Origin: an uncultured Clostridia bacterium
GTDB lineage: Bacteria > Bacillota > Clostridia > TANB77 > CAG-508
Assembly (NCBI GenBank): GCA_947627595.1
Contig: CANQWQ010000002.1
Coordinates: 39,899-103,898 of the forward strand
DNA length: 64,000 nucleotides
Reading direction: 5' to 3'
Shown: piece after piece, positions 32,091 to 42,198 of the stretch
Position numbering within the stretch: the stretch's first letter is position 1
Layout: every line of letters starts with the position of its first letter
Notes under the pieces: generated by a model
The model's database searches: none
What the model saw: only the letters and a program-made list of their open reading frames with translations
Told to the model about the DNA's origin: nothing
Made by a program: the position numbers and the translations under genes

Positions 32091-32117
32091 AGTTGTGTAA
32101 CAATTGAAGAATGACAA

Positions 32118-32142
32118 GAGAGTGGGTACCTAGCCCACTCTC
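32118..32142 (+). promoter_or_regulatory. leader hairpin upstream of nusA (candidate attenuator)
   Basis: gagagtggg-tacctag-cccactctc, 9-bp GC-rich stem between promoter and nusA RBS. Confidence 0.45.
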
Positions 32143-32189
32143 AAGTTGTTTATAGAGGTCTTTTAAAGATTGAAGGAGGAAATTTAAAA

Positions 32190-33362
32190 ATGAAACAGAT
32201 TGATGTAAAAGAATTTATATCAGCTATGGACGAATTAGAAAAAGAAAGAGGAATTAGCAAAGCTTATCTTGTTGAAAGCCTAGAAGCAGCTTTAGTTACA
32301 GCTTACAAGAAAAACTTTGATTCAGTAGATAATGTTAAAGTTACGATAGATGGCCAATCTGGTGAAATTCATATTTACGCTGTAATGGATGTAGTTAAAG
32401 AAAGTGAAGACCCACTATTAGAAATTAGCTTAGCAGAAGCTAAGAAAATTAAGAAGACTGTTAAAGTTGGTGAACAAGTTGATGTTGAAATAAAACCAAA
32501 AGACTTTGGAAGAATTGCTGCTCAAACAGCAAAACAAGTTGTAGTTCAAAAAATCAGAGAAGTCGAAAGAGATATGGTTTTCAATGAATATAATGATAAA
32601 AAAGGTGAAATCGTTTCAGGCTTAGTTCAAAAAGCAGACGCTGGAACCTCAATAATCGTTGATTTAGGAAAACTTGAAGGAATTATGCCTCTAAAAGAGC
32701 AAGTTCCTACAGAAAAATATAAAGTTAATGATAAAATCAAAGCATATGTCGTTAGTGTTGAGAGAGGCTTAAAAGGAAACCCTCAAGCTATTATCTCTCG
32801 TGCACATCCAGACTTTGTTAGAAGATTATTTGAACTTGAGATTCCAGAGATTTATGAAGGACTTATTGAAGTTAAAAGCGTTTCTAGAGATCCTGGAAAT
32901 AGAAGCAAAGTTGCAGTTTATTCTAAAAATGAAAATATCGACCCAGTTGGATCTTGCGTAGGTCAAAAAGGTGTAAGAATCCAAAATATTATAAATGAAT
33001 TAAATGGCGAGAAAATTGATGTTATCGAATGGAGTGAAGATCCATCAACATATATCGCTGCATCACTTCTTCCAGCTCAAGTTCTAGCTGTTGATGTTAA
33101 AGAAGAAGAAAAATTTGCACAAGTCATTGTTCCAGATGATCAATTGTCATTAGCAATTGGAAAAGCTGGTCAAAACGCTAGATTAGCTGCAAGACTTACA
33201 AATTGGAAGATTGATATTAAGAGTGAATCACAATTTAGAGAAATGCTTGCAAGTGCTCAAGAGAGTGAAGAAGATGAATTAGATTTAGATGAAGATTTAG
33301 AAGAAAATTTAAATGAAAATGACGAAATCGAAGAAAACTTAGAAGAAAACGAAGACGAATAG
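32190..33362 (+). CDS. nusA: transcription termination/antitermination factor NusA
   Basis: MKQIDVKEFISAMDELEKERGISK... S1 and KH domains, acidic C-terminus; 390 aa. Confidence 0.92.
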   Translation: MKQIDVKEFISAMDELEKERGISKAYLVESLEAALVTAYKKNFDSVDNVKVTIDGQSGEIHIYAVMDVVKESEDPLLEISLAEAKKIKKTVKVGEQVDVEIKPKDFGRIAAQTAKQVVVQKIREVERDMVFNEYNDKKGEIVSGLVQKADAGTSIIVDLGKLEGIMPLKEQVPTEKYKVNDKIKAYVVSVERGLKGNPQAIISRAHPDFVRRLFELEIPEIYEGLIEVKSVSRDPGNRSKVAVYSKNENIDPVGSCVGQKGVRIQNIINELNGEKIDVIEWSEDPSTYIAASLLPAQVLAVDVKEEEKFAQVIVPDDQLSLAIGKAGQNARLAARLTNWKIDIKSESQFREMLASAQESEEDELDLDEDLEENLNENDEIEENLEENEDE

Positions 33363-33373
33363 AAGGAATTAAT

Positions 33374-33634
33374 ATGGGTAAAAAACCAATACTTAGAAGA
33401 TGCATAGCTTGTAATAATCAAAAAGAAAAAAATGAGTTGGTTAGAATCGTTAAACCAAAAGATGAAGAATTACAAGTTGATTCTACTGGAAAGAAAAACG
33501 GTAGAGGTGCATATATTTGTAAAAGTGAGGAATGCTTAAATAAAGCGATAAAATCAAAGAGATTTGAAAAGACTTTTGAAGTTGAAATTAACGAAGATTT
33601 TTATGAAAGTTTAAAGAGGTACATTCTTGGATAG
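33374..33634 (+). CDS. YlxR-family RNA-binding protein (DUF448)
   Basis: KPILRRCIACNNQKEKNELVRIV...GRGAYIC; conserved nusA-ylxR-ylxQ-infB order. Confidence 0.8.
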   Translation: MGKKPILRRCIACNNQKEKNELVRIVKPKDEELQVDSTGKKNGRGAYICKSEECLNKAIKSKRFEKTFEVEINEDFYESLKRYILG

Positions 33635-33932
33635 AATTTATGGAATACTTGGAATTGCTAGCAAAGCTGGAAAAATAATTTCTGGTTTTGATAGTATAAA
33701 AGATAATATTATGAAAAAGCTTGTAAATTTAATTATAGTCGCTAATGATACGTCTGAAAAAACAAAGAAGGAAATAAAATTTATTTGTGATGAATATGAA
33801 ATTCCATTAGTTACTTTTGGAACAATAGAAGGAAATTCACATTCAATTGGAAAAATTAATAGAGCTATTATTGGAATTTGTGATGAAGGCCTTGCCAAAA
33901 AGTTTTTAGAGCTAATTAATGAGGAAATATAG
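33627..33932 (+). CDS. L7Ae-family ribosomal-protein-like YlxQ
   Basis: GIASKAGKIISGFDSIKDNIMKKLVNLIIVANDTSEKTKKEI; TTG start overlapping ylxR. Confidence 0.75.
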   Translation: MDRIYGILGIASKAGKIISGFDSIKDNIMKKLVNLIIVANDTSEKTKKEIKFICDEYEIPLVTFGTIEGNSHSIGKINRAIIGICDEGLAKKFLELINEEI

Positions 33933-33953
33933 ATATACATAAGAAGAGGGAAA

Positions 33954-36590
33954 ATGTTAGGTAATTTTTTAAAAGGAGTATTTAAAAAGGTATTTATGGA
34001 AAACAAGAAAGAAAGAAATGAAGAACCTGTTATTATCAGAAGAGCTGTTATTTTTAATGATGATGAGGAAAAACAAGAAAAGAAATCTAAAGAGGTAAAA
34101 AACAATATTGAAACTCAAAAACCAAATCGAAATAAAGATTACAATATTGTTTATAGAAATAAGCCAAATAAACCGCTAACTGTTAGTGAATTATTTGGAA
34201 TTCCTAGTAAAGAGAAAAAGACTGAACCTGCTACAAATAGCCAAAAAGAGAGTTCAGGAAATAAAGCTCAAGAAAAGACTTCTAACTCAGAAGCTAAAAA
34301 ACCAGCTACAAGTGTTGCTAATGCAACTAAAAATAACAGCCAATCTTTCTCTAAAACAGATAAAAACGGAAAGTCTAATAATAACGTAAAACCTCAAGTT
34401 AATAAAGATAAAAAGCAAATGCCAAAAGCTCAAGGCTCACAAAATTTCCAAGATAAGAAATATGATAACAGACGTCAAAATAATGGAATCGATAGAAAAA
34501 TTAAAGATATTGTTGAAATGGACGTTCCAACAGATAAAGAAAATATTGCCAGAGATTATAAAACAAACAAGCTTAAAGATAAACAAAAACAAAATAGAAT
34601 TGACGAATCTAGAAGTGGCGACAATAGAGGCGGTTCAGGAAATTCTAAAAGAAATAGAAGAAATCAAGATAATTATGATTCAGGTAAATTAAATAGTTTA
34701 AAGAAACATAATTCACTTTCAAATATGTTTCATGAAGATGGCGAAATGCTTGATTATTATGATTTATCAACAGAGAAAAAACGTAATAAGAAAAAACAAA
34801 AAGTACAAGAGCCACCAAAGCAAAAGCAAAAAATATTTAAACTTACAGAAATCACTATTCCTGAAACAATTACAGTTAAAGACTTAGCTATGGAAATGAA
34901 AATTACAAGTAGTGAAGTTATTAAAAAATTATTAAATTTAGGAATGATGGTTACAATAAATAATGAAATAGATTTTGATACAGCTTTCTTAGTTGCTTCA
35001 GAATTTGGAATCACAGCTAATAAAAAGGTTGTTGTAACAGACGAAGATAAGCTTATTGATGAGACTGAAGATGATGAAAAAGACTTAGTTTCTCGTCCAC
35101 CAGTTATCGTTGTTATGGGACACGTTGACCATGGTAAGACATCACTTCTTGATGCTATTAGACATACAAATGTTATTCAAGGTGAGTCAGGTGGAATTAC
35201 ACAACATATTGGTGCATATCAAGTTAAAGTTAACGATAGAGCAATCACTTTCCTAGATACTCCGGGACATGAAGCTTTCACTAGCATGAGAGCTAGAGGT
35301 GCTCAAATTACTGATATTGCAATATTAGTTGTTGCAGCAAATGATGGTGTTATGCCTCAAACTGTTGAAGCTATTGACCATGCTAAAGCTGCTGGAATTC
35401 CAATTATTATTGCAGTTAATAAAATGGATTTACCAGATGCAAATATAGATAAAGTTAAACAAGAACTTATGAAATATGAAATAGTTCCAGAAGAATGGGG
35501 TGGAGATAATATTTTCGTTCCAATCTCTGCTAAAACTGGAATGGGAATTGACAACTTGCTTGAAATGGTACTATTACAAGCAGACGTTTTAGAGTTAAAA
35601 GTTAATCCTAAGAAACAAGCAAAAGGAACTGTTATAGAAGCCCGCTTAGATAAGCAAAAAGGACCTATTGCTACAGTTTTAGTTCAACGTGGAACTTTAG
35701 ACGCTGGTGACACAGTCATTGTTGGTTCTTCAATTGGTAGAATTAGATCAATGACAAATGATAAAGGAAAGAAAGTTAAATCTGCTGGACCTTCAACACC
35801 AGTTGAAATCACAGGTTTATCAGATGTTCCAGAATCAGGTGATACTTTCTATGAAGTTAAAGATGAAAAAACTGCTAAACATTTAATTGAGAGAAGAATC
35901 CGTGAAAAACGTGAGAAAGAGCTTTCAAAGAGAACAATCGTTACATTAGATGATGTATTCTCTAAAATTGCTACAGAAAACTTAAAACAATTAAACTTAA
36001 TTGTTAAAGCTGATGTTCAAGGTTCTGTTGAAGCTTTAAAACAATCATTAGTTAAACTTTCAAATGATGAAGTTAAAGTTTCAGTTATTCACTCTAGTGT
36101 TGGTGGTGTTACTGAAACAGATGTTACTTTAGCACAAGTTTCAAATGCAATCATAATTGCGTTTAACGTTAGAGCTGGCGCTTTAGCTAAGGCTCAAGCT
36201 GAAAAAGAGGGAGTTGACATCAAACAATATTCAGTAATTTATGATGCTATAAATGATGTTGAAGCCGCAATGAAAGGAATGTTAGACCCAGTTTATAAAG
36301 AAGTTGTTATTGGAACTGCTGAAGTTCGTCAAACTTTCAAAGTTTCAAATGTTGGAACTATTGCGGGTGCTTATGTTTTAACAGGAAAAGTTTCTAGAAA
36401 TGCTGGAATTAGAGTAATTAGAAATGATATCGTTATTCATGACGGAAAACTTGTATCATTAAAGAGATTTAAAGATGATGTTAAAGAAGTTGATAAAGGT
36501 TATGAATGTGGACTTCAAATTGAGAAATTTGATGATATACAAGAAGGCGACCAATTAGAGGTTTATGTTATGGAGGAAGTCAAGAATTAA
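33954..36590 (+). CDS. infB: translation initiation factor IF-2
   Basis: Lys/Asn-rich N-terminus, G-domain [27 protein letters not shown]; 878 aa. Confidence 0.95.
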   Translation: MLGNFLKGVFKKVFMENKKERNEEPVIIRRAVIFNDDEEKQEKKSKEVKNNIETQKPNRNKDYNIVYRNKPNKPLTVSELFGIPSKEKKTEPATNSQKESSGNKAQEKTSNSEAKKPATSVANATKNNSQSFSKTDKNGKSNNNVKPQVNKDKKQMPKAQGSQNFQDKKYDNRRQNNGIDRKIKDIVEMDVPTDKENIARDYKTNKLKDKQKQNRIDESRSGDNRGGSGNSKRNRRNQDNYDSGKLNSLKKHNSLSNMFHEDGEMLDYYDLSTEKKRNKKKQKVQEPPKQKQKIFKLTEITIPETITVKDLAMEMKITSSEVIKKLLNLGMMVTINNEIDFDTAFLVASEFGITANKKVVVTDEDKLIDETEDDEKDLVSRPPVIVVMGHVDHGKTSLLDAIRHTNVIQGESGGITQHIGAYQVKVNDRAITFLDTPGHEAFTSMRARGAQITDIAILVVAANDGVMPQTVEAIDHAKAAGIPIIIAVNKMDLPDANIDKVKQELMKYEIVPEEWGGDNIFVPISAKTGMGIDNLLEMVLLQADVLELKVNPKKQAKGTVIEARLDKQKGPIATVLVQRGTLDAGDTVIVGSSIGRIRSMTNDKGKKVKSAGPSTPVEITGLSDVPESGDTFYEVKDEKTAKHLIERRIREKREKELSKRTIVTLDDVFSKIATENLKQLNLIVKADVQGSVEALKQSLVKLSNDEVKVSVIHSSVGGVTETDVTLAQVSNAIIIAFNVRAGALAKAQAEKEGVDIKQYSVIYDAINDVEAAMKGMLDPVYKEVVIGTAEVRQTFKVSNVGTIAGAYVLTGKVSRNAGIRVIRNDIVIHDGKLVSLKRFKDDVKEVDKGYECGLQIEKFDDIQEGDQLEVYVMEEVKN

Positions 36591-36595
36591 ATAAT

Positions 36596-36622
36596 GGGAA
36601 AAGGGGACAGTCCCTTTTTTCC
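36596..36622. repeat. 27-bp palindromic element, copy 5 (between infB and rbfA, intra-operon)
   Basis: gggaaaaggggacagtcccttttttcc. Confidence 0.8.
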
Positions 36623-36706
36623 AAAATCGAGCAAACGCTTGCGCCTACCATGCTCTCGCAAGCTTTCAAATTTTCAAATTGAAATCCAAGAAAAGAAAGG
36701 AAAAAG

Positions 36707-37057
36707 ATGAAAGATAAAAATAGAATGAATCGCGTTGATGAGCAATTGCGTGAGGAAATCAGCAAGATAATTGATCAGGAGTTAAATGACCCAAATTTAA
36801 CTGGAATGGTTAGTGTTAGCTCTGTTAAAACAACTCCAGATCTAAGATATGCTCGTGTTTTTGTAACAATGTATGGTTGCAAAAGTCAAAAAGAAAATTT
36901 AGCGATTTTGAAAAAATCAAGTGGATATATTCGCAGTTTAATTGCAAAAAAAGTCAATTTAAGAATAACTCCAGAATTAGTTTTTGAGTTTGATGACAGC
37001 ATTGAATATGGTGCAAAAATCGACAAAATTTTAAGAGACATGAACTTAGATGGTTAA
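36707..37057 (+). CDS. rbfA: ribosome-binding factor A
   Basis: NRVDEQLREEISKIIDQELNDPNLTGMVSVSSVKTTPDLRYARVFV; 116 aa. Confidence 0.9.
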   Translation: MKDKNRMNRVDEQLREEISKIIDQELNDPNLTGMVSVSSVKTTPDLRYARVFVTMYGCKSQKENLAILKKSSGYIRSLIAKKVNLRITPELVFEFDDSIEYGAKIDKILRDMNLDG

Positions 37058-37073
37058 GTGAAAGGAGCTAAAG

Positions 37074-38027
37074 ATGACTTTAGATGAAATTTTAAAAGAA
37101 ATAAAAAATGCAAATTCTTTTATGATTACAGCACATGAAAATCCTGACGGAGATGCAATTGGAAGTTGTTTAGCATTTGCTACAGTTTTAAAAGAAATGG
37201 GAAAAGAAAAGATTGATGTTCTTCTTAAAGAATATCCACCAATTTTCAATACACTTCCAAATATAGATTTAATAAAATCAGAAGCAAGTTTAGATAAATA
37301 CGATATGGCAATTGTTTTGGATTGCCCTGAAATAAAGAGAGTTAGCAAAGAATATCATAAATATTTTGAAGATGCTAAAATAACAGTTGAATTTGATCAC
37401 CACTTGAAAAATGCAATGTTTGCTGATTTAGATGTTGTAAACCCAGCAGCTCCAGCTTGTGCAGAGATTTTAGTTTCAAGCTTTAGATATATGAAAATCG
37501 AAATATCTAAAGATGTTGCTACTTGCTTAATGGCTGGAATCATCACAGATACAGGTGGATTTAGATTTAACTCTACAACCAGAGAAACTTTTGAATTTGC
37601 TGGTTGGGCTTTAGCTAAAGGAGTAAACATTCCAAAGATTTATAAAGATTATTTAATGACTAAATCAAAATCACAATTTGAAGCTGAAAAGCTTGCACTT
37701 GACAGACTAGAATTTTTAATGGATGACAAAATAGTGTTTACATATATGACTAAAGAAGATGAAGAAAAGCTAAACATTCAGCCAGGCGAATTTGACGGAA
37801 TCGTTGGAATCGGAATAACAATCAAAGGTGTTGAAGTTTCAATTTTTGCACGTGAAAGGTCAGATGGTTTCAAAGTTTCTTTCCGTTCAAATAATATAGA
37901 TGTTGCAGATATTTGTATGTTATTTGGCGGAGGAGGTCACAAGCTAGCTGCAGGCTGCACAATTGATGCAAAACTAGAAGACGTTAGAAAAGCAGTTATA
38001 GAAGAAACAAAAAAACATTTAAAATGA
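37074..38027 (+). CDS. nrnA: DHH/DHHA1 phosphoesterase (NrnA-type oligoribonuclease/pAp phosphatase)
   Basis: HENPDGDAIGS...DHH...GGGGHKLAAG; 317 aa. Confidence 0.82.
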   Translation: MTLDEILKEIKNANSFMITAHENPDGDAIGSCLAFATVLKEMGKEKIDVLLKEYPPIFNTLPNIDLIKSEASLDKYDMAIVLDCPEIKRVSKEYHKYFEDAKITVEFDHHLKNAMFADLDVVNPAAPACAEILVSSFRYMKIEISKDVATCLMAGIITDTGGFRFNSTTRETFEFAGWALAKGVNIPKIYKDYLMTKSKSQFEAEKLALDRLEFLMDDKIVFTYMTKEDEEKLNIQPGEFDGIVGIGITIKGVEVSIFARERSDGFKVSFRSNNIDVADICMLFGGGGHKLAAGCTIDAKLEDVRKAVIEETKKHLK

Positions 38028-38034
38028 GGTTAAA

Positions 38035-38901
38035 ATGAACGGAATTTTAATAGTAAATAAGCCAAAAGGTTTTACATCTCAAGATGTTGTTTCAAAAGTA
38101 AAGAAAATATTAAATGTTAAAAAGGCAGGACACACTGGAACGCTAGATCCATTGGCAACAGGAGTTCTGCCTGTTTTAATTGGAGATTATACAAAACTTT
38201 CTAAATATTTAATTGAGCATGATAAAATCTATAAAGCAAAAATTAAATTTGGCGAAAGACGTGAAACAGGCGATTTAGAAGGAAAAATTGTTGAAACATC
38301 AGATGTAAAAATCAAAGATGAAAATAAAATAAAAGAAGTTTTAAAATCAATGTTGGGAAAGAGTCTTCAAGTTCCTCCGATATATTCAGCTATAAAAGTT
38401 AATGGAAAGAAACTTTATGAATATGCAAGAAGCGGGGAAACTGTAGAAATTCCAGCTCGTGAAATCGAAATTTATAAATTAGATTTTTTGAGTTTTGATG
38501 AAGAAAACCAAATTTTAGAAATAGAGGTTAGCTGTTCTAAAGGAACTTACATAAGAACTCTTTGTGAAGACATTTCAAAAAAAATAGGAACAGTTGGATT
38601 CATGTTAGAGCTTGAAAGAACTCAAGTAGATAAATTCAAAATTGAAAATTCTTTAACATTTGAAGACATCGAAAAAAATAAAGACAACATTCAAAACTTT
38701 TTAATCACAATGGAAGAGACCTTTTCAGGTCTTCCTAAAATTTCTTTACCATCAAACAGACTTAAATTATTTTTGAATGGAGTCGCACTTTCCGATTTTT
38801 CATCAAGCTCTGACGGCCTTTACAACATCTATTGTGACTCCGCCTACCTCGGCACAGGAATTATAAAAAACGGTTTCTTAAAAAGAGACCTGATTTTTTA
38901 A
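38035..38901 (+). CDS. truB: tRNA pseudouridine(55) synthase TruB
   Basis: MNGILIVNKPKGFTSQDVV...KAGHTGTLDPLATGVLPV; 288 aa. Confidence 0.92.
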   Translation: MNGILIVNKPKGFTSQDVVSKVKKILNVKKAGHTGTLDPLATGVLPVLIGDYTKLSKYLIEHDKIYKAKIKFGERRETGDLEGKIVETSDVKIKDENKIKEVLKSMLGKSLQVPPIYSAIKVNGKKLYEYARSGETVEIPAREIEIYKLDFLSFDEENQILEIEVSCSKGTYIRTLCEDISKKIGTVGFMLELERTQVDKFKIENSLTFEDIEKNKDNIQNFLITMEETFSGLPKISLPSNRLKLFLNGVALSDFSSSSDGLYNIYCDSAYLGTGIIKNGFLKRDLIF

Positions 38902-38905
38902 AAAT

Positions 38906-38932
38906 GGGAAAAGGGGACTGTCCCCATTTCCC
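38906..38932. repeat. 27-bp palindromic element, copy 6
   Basis: gggaaaaggggactgtccccatttccc. Confidence 0.8.
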
Positions 38933-38999
38933 AAAAATCTCTTTACAATTTTGAGGTTTTTTGATACAATTATAAAAATTGTAAAGAAGGAGAAAAATA

Positions 39000-39914
39000 A
39001 TGAAGCACCTAATCGATATTAAAGACTTGTCAGTCGAAGAAATTGATGATTTAATCAAAGTAGCTAATGACATCATCGCAAACAAAGAGAAATATTCTCA
39101 TAAATGTGATGGTAAAAAATTAGCTACTTTATTTTTTGAGCCAAGCACTCGTACCCGTCTTAGCTTTGAAGCAGCTATGCTTGAACTTGGAGGATCTGTT
39201 TTAGGATTTTCTGAAAGTTCTTCGAGTTCAGTTTCAAAAGGAGAATCTGTTGCAGATACAATAAGAGTTGTAGGCTGCTACAGCGATATAATCGCAATGA
39301 GACATCCAAAAGAAGGAGCACCACTTGTTGCATGCGAAAAATCAACAGTTCCAATCATTAACGCAGGTGATGGCGGACACAATCACCCAACTCAAACACT
39401 TACAGATCTTTTAACAATTAGCCGTGAAAAAGGAAGATTAAATAATTTAACAATTGGTCTTTGCGGAGATTTAAAATTTGGAAGAACTGTTCACTCTCTA
39501 GCTACAGCAATGTCAAGATATAGCGGAATCAAGTTTGTTTTGATTTCACCTGATGAGCTAAAAATGCCAGATTACATAAAGAAAAACGTTTTAGAGAAAA
39601 ATAATATTGAATATTGCGAGACAAAAAGTATAGAAGAGCATCTTCCAGAACTTGATATTTTATATATGACAAGAGTTCAAAAAGAGAGATTTTTCAACGA
39701 AGATGACTATGTAAGACTTAAAGATTACTATATTTTAAATAAAGCAAAATTAGAAAATGCTAAAAAAGATTTATCAATTTTGCATCCACTTCCAAGAGTA
39801 AACGAAATCAGCACAGATGTTGATGATGATCCAAGAGCAAAATATTTTGAACAAGCTCTATGTGGAAAATATATTAGAATGGCTTTAATTCTAAATATGT
39901 TGGGAATTAAATAA
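39000..39914 (+). CDS. pyrB: aspartate carbamoyltransferase catalytic subunit
   Basis: STRTRLSFE...HPTQ...HPLP motifs; 304 aa. Confidence 0.92.
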   Translation: MKHLIDIKDLSVEEIDDLIKVANDIIANKEKYSHKCDGKKLATLFFEPSTRTRLSFEAAMLELGGSVLGFSESSSSSVSKGESVADTIRVVGCYSDIIAMRHPKEGAPLVACEKSTVPIINAGDGGHNHPTQTLTDLLTISREKGRLNNLTIGLCGDLKFGRTVHSLATAMSRYSGIKFVLISPDELKMPDYIKKNVLEKNNIEYCETKSIEEHLPELDILYMTRVQKERFFNEDDYVRLKDYYILNKAKLENAKKDLSILHPLPRVNEISTDVDDDPRAKYFEQALCGKYIRMALILNMLGIK

Positions 39915-39927
39915 TGGAGGTGCAAAG

Positions 39928-40344
39928 ATGAATATAGATAGTATTAAAAACGGTTATGTTATAGATCATATTACAGCTGGACGAGCTATGGAGATCTACG
40001 AAACTTTAGGTTTAAAAGATCTTGATTGCCAAGTTGCAATTATAAGTAATGCTAAAAGTCAAAAAACAGGAAAAAAAGATATTATAAAGATTGACCAAAA
40101 TATAGATTTAGATTTCGATAAATTAAGTTTCTTAGATCCAAATGTTACTGTAAATATTGTAAAAGATGATAAAATTATCGAGAAGAAAAAACTTACTCTA
40201 CCTGAAAAAGTTGTAAATGTAGCAAAATGCAAAAACCCTAGATGTATTACATCTGTTGAAAGAGATTTAGATCAAATCTTTATTTTGACTGACAAAATTA
40301 ATAATGTTTATAGATGCAAATATTGTGAGATGAGTTTAAAATAA
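39928..40344 (+). CDS. pyrI: aspartate carbamoyltransferase regulatory subunit
   Basis: IKNGYVIDHI... C-terminal CKNPRCIT...YRCKYCE zinc domain; 138 aa. Confidence 0.9.
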   Translation: MNIDSIKNGYVIDHITAGRAMEIYETLGLKDLDCQVAIISNAKSQKTGKKDIIKIDQNIDLDFDKLSFLDPNVTVNIVKDDKIIEKKKLTLPEKVVNVAKCKNPRCITSVERDLDQIFILTDKINNVYRCKYCEMSLK

Positions 40345-40347
40345 ATA

Positions 40348-40378
40348 AATTCCCTTAGGTAAATGTCCTAAGGGAATT
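40348..40378. terminator. bidirectional terminator between pyrI (+) and a small - strand peptide gene
   Basis: aattcccttagg-taaatgt-cctaagggaatt, 12-bp stem flanked by A/T runs. Confidence 0.7.
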
Positions 40379-40391
40379 TTTCTTTTTTATT

Positions 40392-40514
40392 TTAGCAACA
40401 TCCGCCACTTCTACTATTGTTTCCGTTTCCACAACAACAGAATAAAATTAAAAGAATTAAGATTAGCCAGATACATTCGTTGTCAAAGAAACCGCAACCT
40501 CTACTCTCTTGCAT
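40392..40514 (-). CDS. 40-aa Cys/Gly-rich hydrophobic peptide (YjcZ-like sporulation peptide candidate; not in the ORF track)
   Basis: - strand MQESRGCGFFDNECIWLILILLILFCCCGNGNNSRSGGCC; ATG 40514, stop 40392-40394. Confidence 0.4.
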   Translation of the reverse strand: MQESRGCGFFDNECIWLILILLILFCCCGNGNNSRSGGCC

Positions 40515-40674
40515 AAAATTCCCTCCTTATAATAAATTTAAGTATGTTTAACTTTAAGCTCTTTAGTATGTTATATATTATTCAAATTTTTAAAATGTGT
40601 GAAAGTAAGAAAAATTTTTGGTTGAAAAATATTAGGGGGTATGATATAAGTATAAAGAGATTAAAAGAAAAGAG

Positions 40675-42123
40675 ATGATGAAATTGCCAAAGAAAGAGAA
40701 AAAACCGATTGATTTAAAAAATTACATTAGACAAATGGAAAAATCAATGGGAAGAAAAGACAAAATTAAGGAAGTTTTAGATAATGAAGTAGCTTTTAAA
40801 AAGTATTTGGTTTCATTAGGAATGAACCCTGAATGGACTGAGCTTGCTGCGGTTATGGAGATTATCAAAAATAGATTTTCCAAAAATTTAAAAGATAGAC
40901 CTAGAAATTTTAGAATAAGAGAATCAAAATTATTTATGGGTAAAACTGAACTTGCAAAAACTGGACTTACCCATAACAATATAAATTTAAATGAGTTTGA
41001 GCTTGGAGATGGTGAAGTTCTAAGATATTCACCATATACTGGAACAATAGATTATATAAAAACTAAATCAAAATCAAATTTAGAAAAAAGAGAAATTGAC
41101 CCTAAAACAGGTGTCGTAATGAGACACTTAAAAAGATTTGGCGGAAATGCTAGTAATGAACTTGATGATGATTATTATTCTGCTGTTGAATATGTAAGAG
41201 ATCCAAATGAGCCTAAAGTTACATATATTACGTCTTATAAAAATGCGAATCGTAAAGGTGAAGAAGTTTCTAGAAATGAGACAGTTGAATATGATTTTGG
41301 TTATCCAATTGAACTTGAAAAAAATGGAACGACACATAGAAAAACTCCAATTTACTTTATAAAGAGATATCCAAGATATGAAGCTTGGTTTAATTCAAGA
41401 TTTAGAAGCCAAGATGAATATGTTAAAAATGTTTTTGCAATGCAAAAAGATGTTATGAGAGAATTGTGGAGAACTGAAAGACAGATGCTACAATCAATTG
41501 TTATAAGATACGCAAAAACTAGAGATGAGCTAGATGTATATTATAAGGGATTACAAGAAATATTTAAAACTAGCATAATTGGCCCAGTTTATAAAGCTTT
41601 TATACTTTCTCAAATTGAGTTAATTATAGATAATGACGAACTTCATATGTTTTATGAAGACGGAGCTAAAGAAGAAATGAAAGCTAGAATTTTAGCTAGA
41701 TTAGAAGAAGAGGTTGAACCAAAACCACTTCAAGAAATGGTTCAAGAAACAGGTGAAAAAGTTGTTGATAGAATAACTTCAAATCCAGATTTTCAAACAG
41801 CTAAAGAGACTTTTACAGGTGAAGTAAAATCAGTTGAAGATGATGATTATTCTATAGAAGAGGCTTTATCAGATATTCATGATCAAAGCAACATGGTTGT
41901 AGAATTTAAGCAAGAGTCAAATCCTTTTAGTGTTGAAAAAGAGGGACTTGATGAAAAAATTAAAGAAATGGAAAGACAAATGAAAATCTTAAAAACCGCT
42001 TATAGAGCCTTTCCTAGAAGAAAGAAAAATATTAAATCTGCAATAAAAGAAATAGAAGATCAAAAAGTTAAAAAACCAGATATTCCTGTTAACCCAACTA
42101 ACAATGATAATGAAGCAAGATAA
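40675..42123 (+). CDS. hypothetical protein (482 aa, charged, no recognisable domain)
   Basis: long ORF with AT-rich codon usage like its neighbours; no motif recognised. Confidence 0.6.
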   Translation: MMKLPKKEKKPIDLKNYIRQMEKSMGRKDKIKEVLDNEVAFKKYLVSLGMNPEWTELAAVMEIIKNRFSKNLKDRPRNFRIRESKLFMGKTELAKTGLTHNNINLNEFELGDGEVLRYSPYTGTIDYIKTKSKSNLEKREIDPKTGVVMRHLKRFGGNASNELDDDYYSAVEYVRDPNEPKVTYITSYKNANRKGEEVSRNETVEYDFGYPIELEKNGTTHRKTPIYFIKRYPRYEAWFNSRFRSQDEYVKNVFAMQKDVMRELWRTERQMLQSIVIRYAKTRDELDVYYKGLQEIFKTSIIGPVYKAFILSQIELIIDNDELHMFYEDGAKEEMKARILARLEEEVEPKPLQEMVQETGEKVVDRITSNPDFQTAKETFTGEVKSVEDDDYSIEEALSDIHDQSNMVVEFKQESNPFSVEKEGLDEKIKEMERQMKILKTAYRAFPRRKKNIKSAIKEIEDQKVKKPDIPVNPTNNDNEAR

Positions 42124-42133
42124 CAAAATTGTA

Positions 42134-42162
42134 TTGAAATCAAAGCTTTTATGTGATATAAT
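42134..42162 (+). promoter_or_regulatory. sigma-A-type promoter upstream of the U32 peptidase-lysS pair
   Basis: TTGAAA 42134-42139, 17-nt spacer, TATAAT 42157-42162. Confidence 0.6.
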
Positions 42163-42198
42163 ATCTAACATTAATTTGAAGATAAAAAGGTGGAAGAG

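Noticed and set aside
33638-34105. 155-aa - strand ORF overlapping ylxQ and the start of infB
   Set aside because: Antisense to two well-supported conserved genes; Phe/Leu/Ser-rich translation typical of AT-rich antisense frames.
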